Virus record (IMG/VR): IMGVR_UViG_3300033067_000034
Location: 1-37,125 of that record
Reading direction: 5' to 3' (one strand)
Origin: a virus
Lineage: Duplodnaviria; Caudoviricetes
DNA length: 37,125 bases
Of the stretch, positions 35,101 to 37,125 are shown piece after piece. A model generated the notes under the pieces. That model was not told the DNA's origin. It searched no databases and saw only the letters and a program-made list of their open reading frames with translations. The translations under genes and the position numbers were made by a program. The first letter of the stretch is position 1. The number at the start of each line of letters is the position of its first letter.

Positions 35101-35231
35101 GCACCGAGAACACGCAGCAACCCGAAGTCGAGCAGCAGCCTGCGCCAGCACCGGCTCAGGACGACAACGACTTCCCACTGGGTCAAGCCTGTGACCTGTC
35201 GGATGACGGCACCTGCGAGGCTTGCCAATGA
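35097..35231 (+). CDS. 44-aa acidic peptide ending CxxCQ, resembling an RNR alpha C-terminal tail (not in ORF track)
   Basis: MSTENTQQPEVEQQPAPAPAQDDNDFPLGQACDLSDDGTCEACQ; ATGA overlaps at both ends; GAGG RBS. Confidence 0.75.
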   Translation: MSTENTQQPEVEQQPAPAPAQDDNDFPLGQACDLSDDGTCEACQ

Positions 35232-36532
35232 GCACCCACGCCCAACTGTCGCCCTCCAAACGGCACCGCTGGGCCTTGTGCCCCGGCAGCATCCGTGAGG
35301 AGGCCAAGTACCCCGATGAACGCAGCGGTGCTGCCGCCATCGACGGAACCCACAGCCACACGCTGCTGGAGCACTGCATCAAAAATGGTGTTCAGGGTAG
35401 TGCTTCCACCATGATCGGCATCAAGATGAAGGACGACGATGGTGAGTTCGTCATCGACGCAGATCGTGCATCACGAGTTGATGTCGCTCTCGATTACATT
35501 CGTGAGCGGTCCATGAACGGCATGTTCAAGGTGATCTCCGAGCAGCGCGTTGACCCCCAGCACCTGCTGGGTCGTGACGATCTCAGCGGTACCGTGGACT
35601 GCCAGATCATCGGCCCTGACTGGATCGAGATCATCGACTACAAGGACGGCATGGGCGTGGTGAGCGCCGAGGGCAACATGCAGCTTGAGCAGTACGCCTA
35701 CGGGGTGCTGGCAGGCTACAAGCTGCCCATCAACGTCGAGTATCCGGTCAAGCGGATCATCATGACCATCATTCAGCCCAAGCTGGCGCTGCGCGGGATG
35801 CCTGCAATCACATCGCACGATGTGGCTGTAAGCGAACTGTTAGCTGGTATGGGTACAATCGTGGCTCAAGCTGCTGCAACTGACAAACCAGATGCACCAC
35901 TTGTACCGGGTGACAGTCAATGTAAATTCTGCCGCGCCAAGGGCTCCTGCTCTGCACTGGCAAACAACGTAATGAAAGAGGTCGGAATCATGTTCCAACC
36001 AGTCGTAACACAACCACTCGATGTCGCACAGCAAAGTGCCGACAAAGATCCATCCACGATGGACGATGCCCAGATCGCTCAGATCATGGAAGCTGCTCCC
36101 CTGATGCGCCAACTCCTCGAAGGTGTTGAAGCCGAAGCGCTGCGCCGTATGCAGGCTGGCCAAACCATCCCCGGCCTCAAGCTGGTCAATGGTCGTGGCT
36201 CCCGTGCATGGGCACTGCCCGAAGCCGAGATCGCCGAGAAGCTGGTCAAGATGGGCATCCCCAAAGGCTCTGTCTACGAGACTAAGCTGGTGTCCCCTGC
36301 CAAAGCTGAGAAGCTGACCTGGACTAAGAAGGACGGCACAGCCAAGCAGCTGTCCGAGCGCCAGCTCAAAACTCTCGACCAAGAGTACGTGGTCAAGATG
36401 GCCGGCAAGCTCACCGTCGTCCCTGAATCTGACAGCCGTCCTGCTGTCATCACCAATGCTGCGCCGCTGTTCAGCGCAGTAGAGGCAGCACCCGCTGCCG
36501 AATCCCTGCCCTCGTGGCTCATGGGAGCGTGA
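35228..36532 (+). CDS. DUF2800-like PD-(D/E)xK (Cas4-like) exonuclease
   Basis: HAQLSPSKRHRWALCPGS, GTHSH, GTVDC, IIDYKDG, QLEQYA, CKFCRAKGSC, GLKLVNGRGSRAW. Confidence 0.85.
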   Translation: MSTHAQLSPSKRHRWALCPGSIREEAKYPDERSGAAAIDGTHSHTLLEHCIKNGVQGSASTMIGIKMKDDDGEFVIDADRASRVDVALDYIRERSMNGMFKVISEQRVDPQHLLGRDDLSGTVDCQIIGPDWIEIIDYKDGMGVVSAEGNMQLEQYAYGVLAGYKLPINVEYPVKRIIMTIIQPKLALRGMPAITSHDVAVSELLAGMGTIVAQAAATDKPDAPLVPGDSQCKFCRAKGSCSALANNVMKEVGIMFQPVVTQPLDVAQQSADKDPSTMDDAQIAQIMEAAPLMRQLLEGVEAEALRRMQAGQTIPGLKLVNGRGSRAWALPEAEIAEKLVKMGIPKGSVYETKLVSPAKAEKLTWTKKDGTAKQLSERQLKTLDQEYVVKMAGKLTVVPESDSRPAVITNAAPLFSAVEAAPAAESLPSWLMGA

Positions 36533-36534
36533 TC

Positions 36535-36738
36535 ATGTGGGTCGTTGTCAATATTGGCTGCATCGAATGCGGGGTCAGTTCCAACATTGTTGGGATGTTT
36601 TCCGACTTCGTGAAAGCGGAACAAGTGGCAAAGCAATGCGATGCCGACTTTAACTGGCGAGAAGGAGGCCAGAATCACTTTGAAGTGTTTGAACTACCTC
36701 AACCTGAAACCATCCATCCCGAGTACCACAAGGAGTAA
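36535..36738 (+). CDS. Hypothetical protein with CxxC
   Basis: GGAG RBS; MWVVVNIGCIECGVSS…. Confidence 0.65.
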   Translation: MWVVVNIGCIECGVSSNIVGMFSDFVKAEQVAKQCDADFNWREGGQNHFEVFELPQPETIHPEYHKE

Positions 36739-36743
36739 CTGTA

Positions 36744-37125
36744 ATGTCTGAAATCATTTTCCTGTCCAATGTCCGTTTGTCCTTTCCCCGCCTCGCTGAA
36801 CCCCAGCGTCAGGTGAACGAGGCCACCGGCAAAGAGCGCATCAGCTACAACTGTGAGTTCCTGATGCCGCAAGACCACCCCGGCTTCCAACAATTCATGC
36901 AACGCTACGGCGCTATCGCACTGGAGAAGTGGAAAGAACACGCCCAAGCTGTCATGCAGATGATCCAAAACGATCGCAAGACCCGCTGCTACGGTCGTGG
37001 CGAGGAGAAGGTTAGCCGCAAAACCATGCAGCCCTATGATGGCTACGCTGGCAACGTCTACATCACTGCTGGCCGCGACACCGCACCGCAGATGATCCAA
37101 GCTGACGGCACCCCCGTGGACCCGT
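36744..37125 (+). CDS. N-terminal part of DUF2815-like ssDNA-binding protein
   Basis: AAGGAG RBS; MSEIIFLSNVRLSFPRLAEP… is open to the end of the window and continues at position 1. Confidence 0.8.
   Translation, partial: MSEIIFLSNVRLSFPRLAEPQRQVNEATGKERISYNCEFLMPQDHPGFQQFMQRYGAIALEKWKEHAQAVMQMIQNDRKTRCYGRGEEKVSRKTMQPYDGYAGNVYITAGRDTAPQMIQADGTPVDP

Noticed and set aside
35174-35186. Partial copy of the palindrome (cccactgggtcaa) inside the 44-aa ORF
   Set aside because: Single incomplete copy in coding sequence; may be chance.
34964-35194. 76-aa track ORF spanning this gap
   Set aside because: Overlaps 34678..35100 out of frame; the 35097..35231 frame fits with ATGA coupling at both ends.
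35228-36532. Cas4 as evidence of CRISPR-Cas
   Set aside because: Context is the standard phage DUF2800-SSB replication/recombination module.

Overview
The window looks like a complete, circularly permuted 37.1-kb tailed-phage genome. The last ORF (36744..37125) reads in frame into the first (1..296), giving one ssDNA-binding protein. The minus-strand late arm (6672..29038) is P22-like podoviral: TerS, TerL, GroES-like, portal, tailspike/receptor-binding genes, scaffold, coat, gp4/gp10-like tail, three ejection proteins, and an M15 endolysin with holin candidates. The plus-strand replication arm (34491..6725, across the junction) carries an RHH regulator, DUF2800-like nuclease, DUF2815-like SSB, adenine MTase, family-B DNA polymerase, dATP/dGTP diphosphohydrolase, VRR-NUC, a PAPS-reductase-like PP-loop protein, SNF2 helicase and glutaredoxin. 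A divergent PrimPol-helicase and a block of small early genes lie between the arms. No integrase, tRNA, CRISPR array or ribonucleotide reductase (RNR) was recognised. Top leads: (1) an uncalled, translationally coupled 44-aa ORF ending ...ACDLSDDGTCEACQ, resembling a free-standing RNR alpha C-terminal redox tail; with a glutaredoxin and an NrdR-like Zn ribbon it suggests host-RNR hijacking without a phage RNR; (2) a possible DNA-modification cassette around PolB; (3) a control region at 29040..30270 with an AT tract, palindromic iterons, a ~170-nt nested inverted repeat and an operator-flanked promoter. All family assignments come from motif recognition by eye, not database searches.
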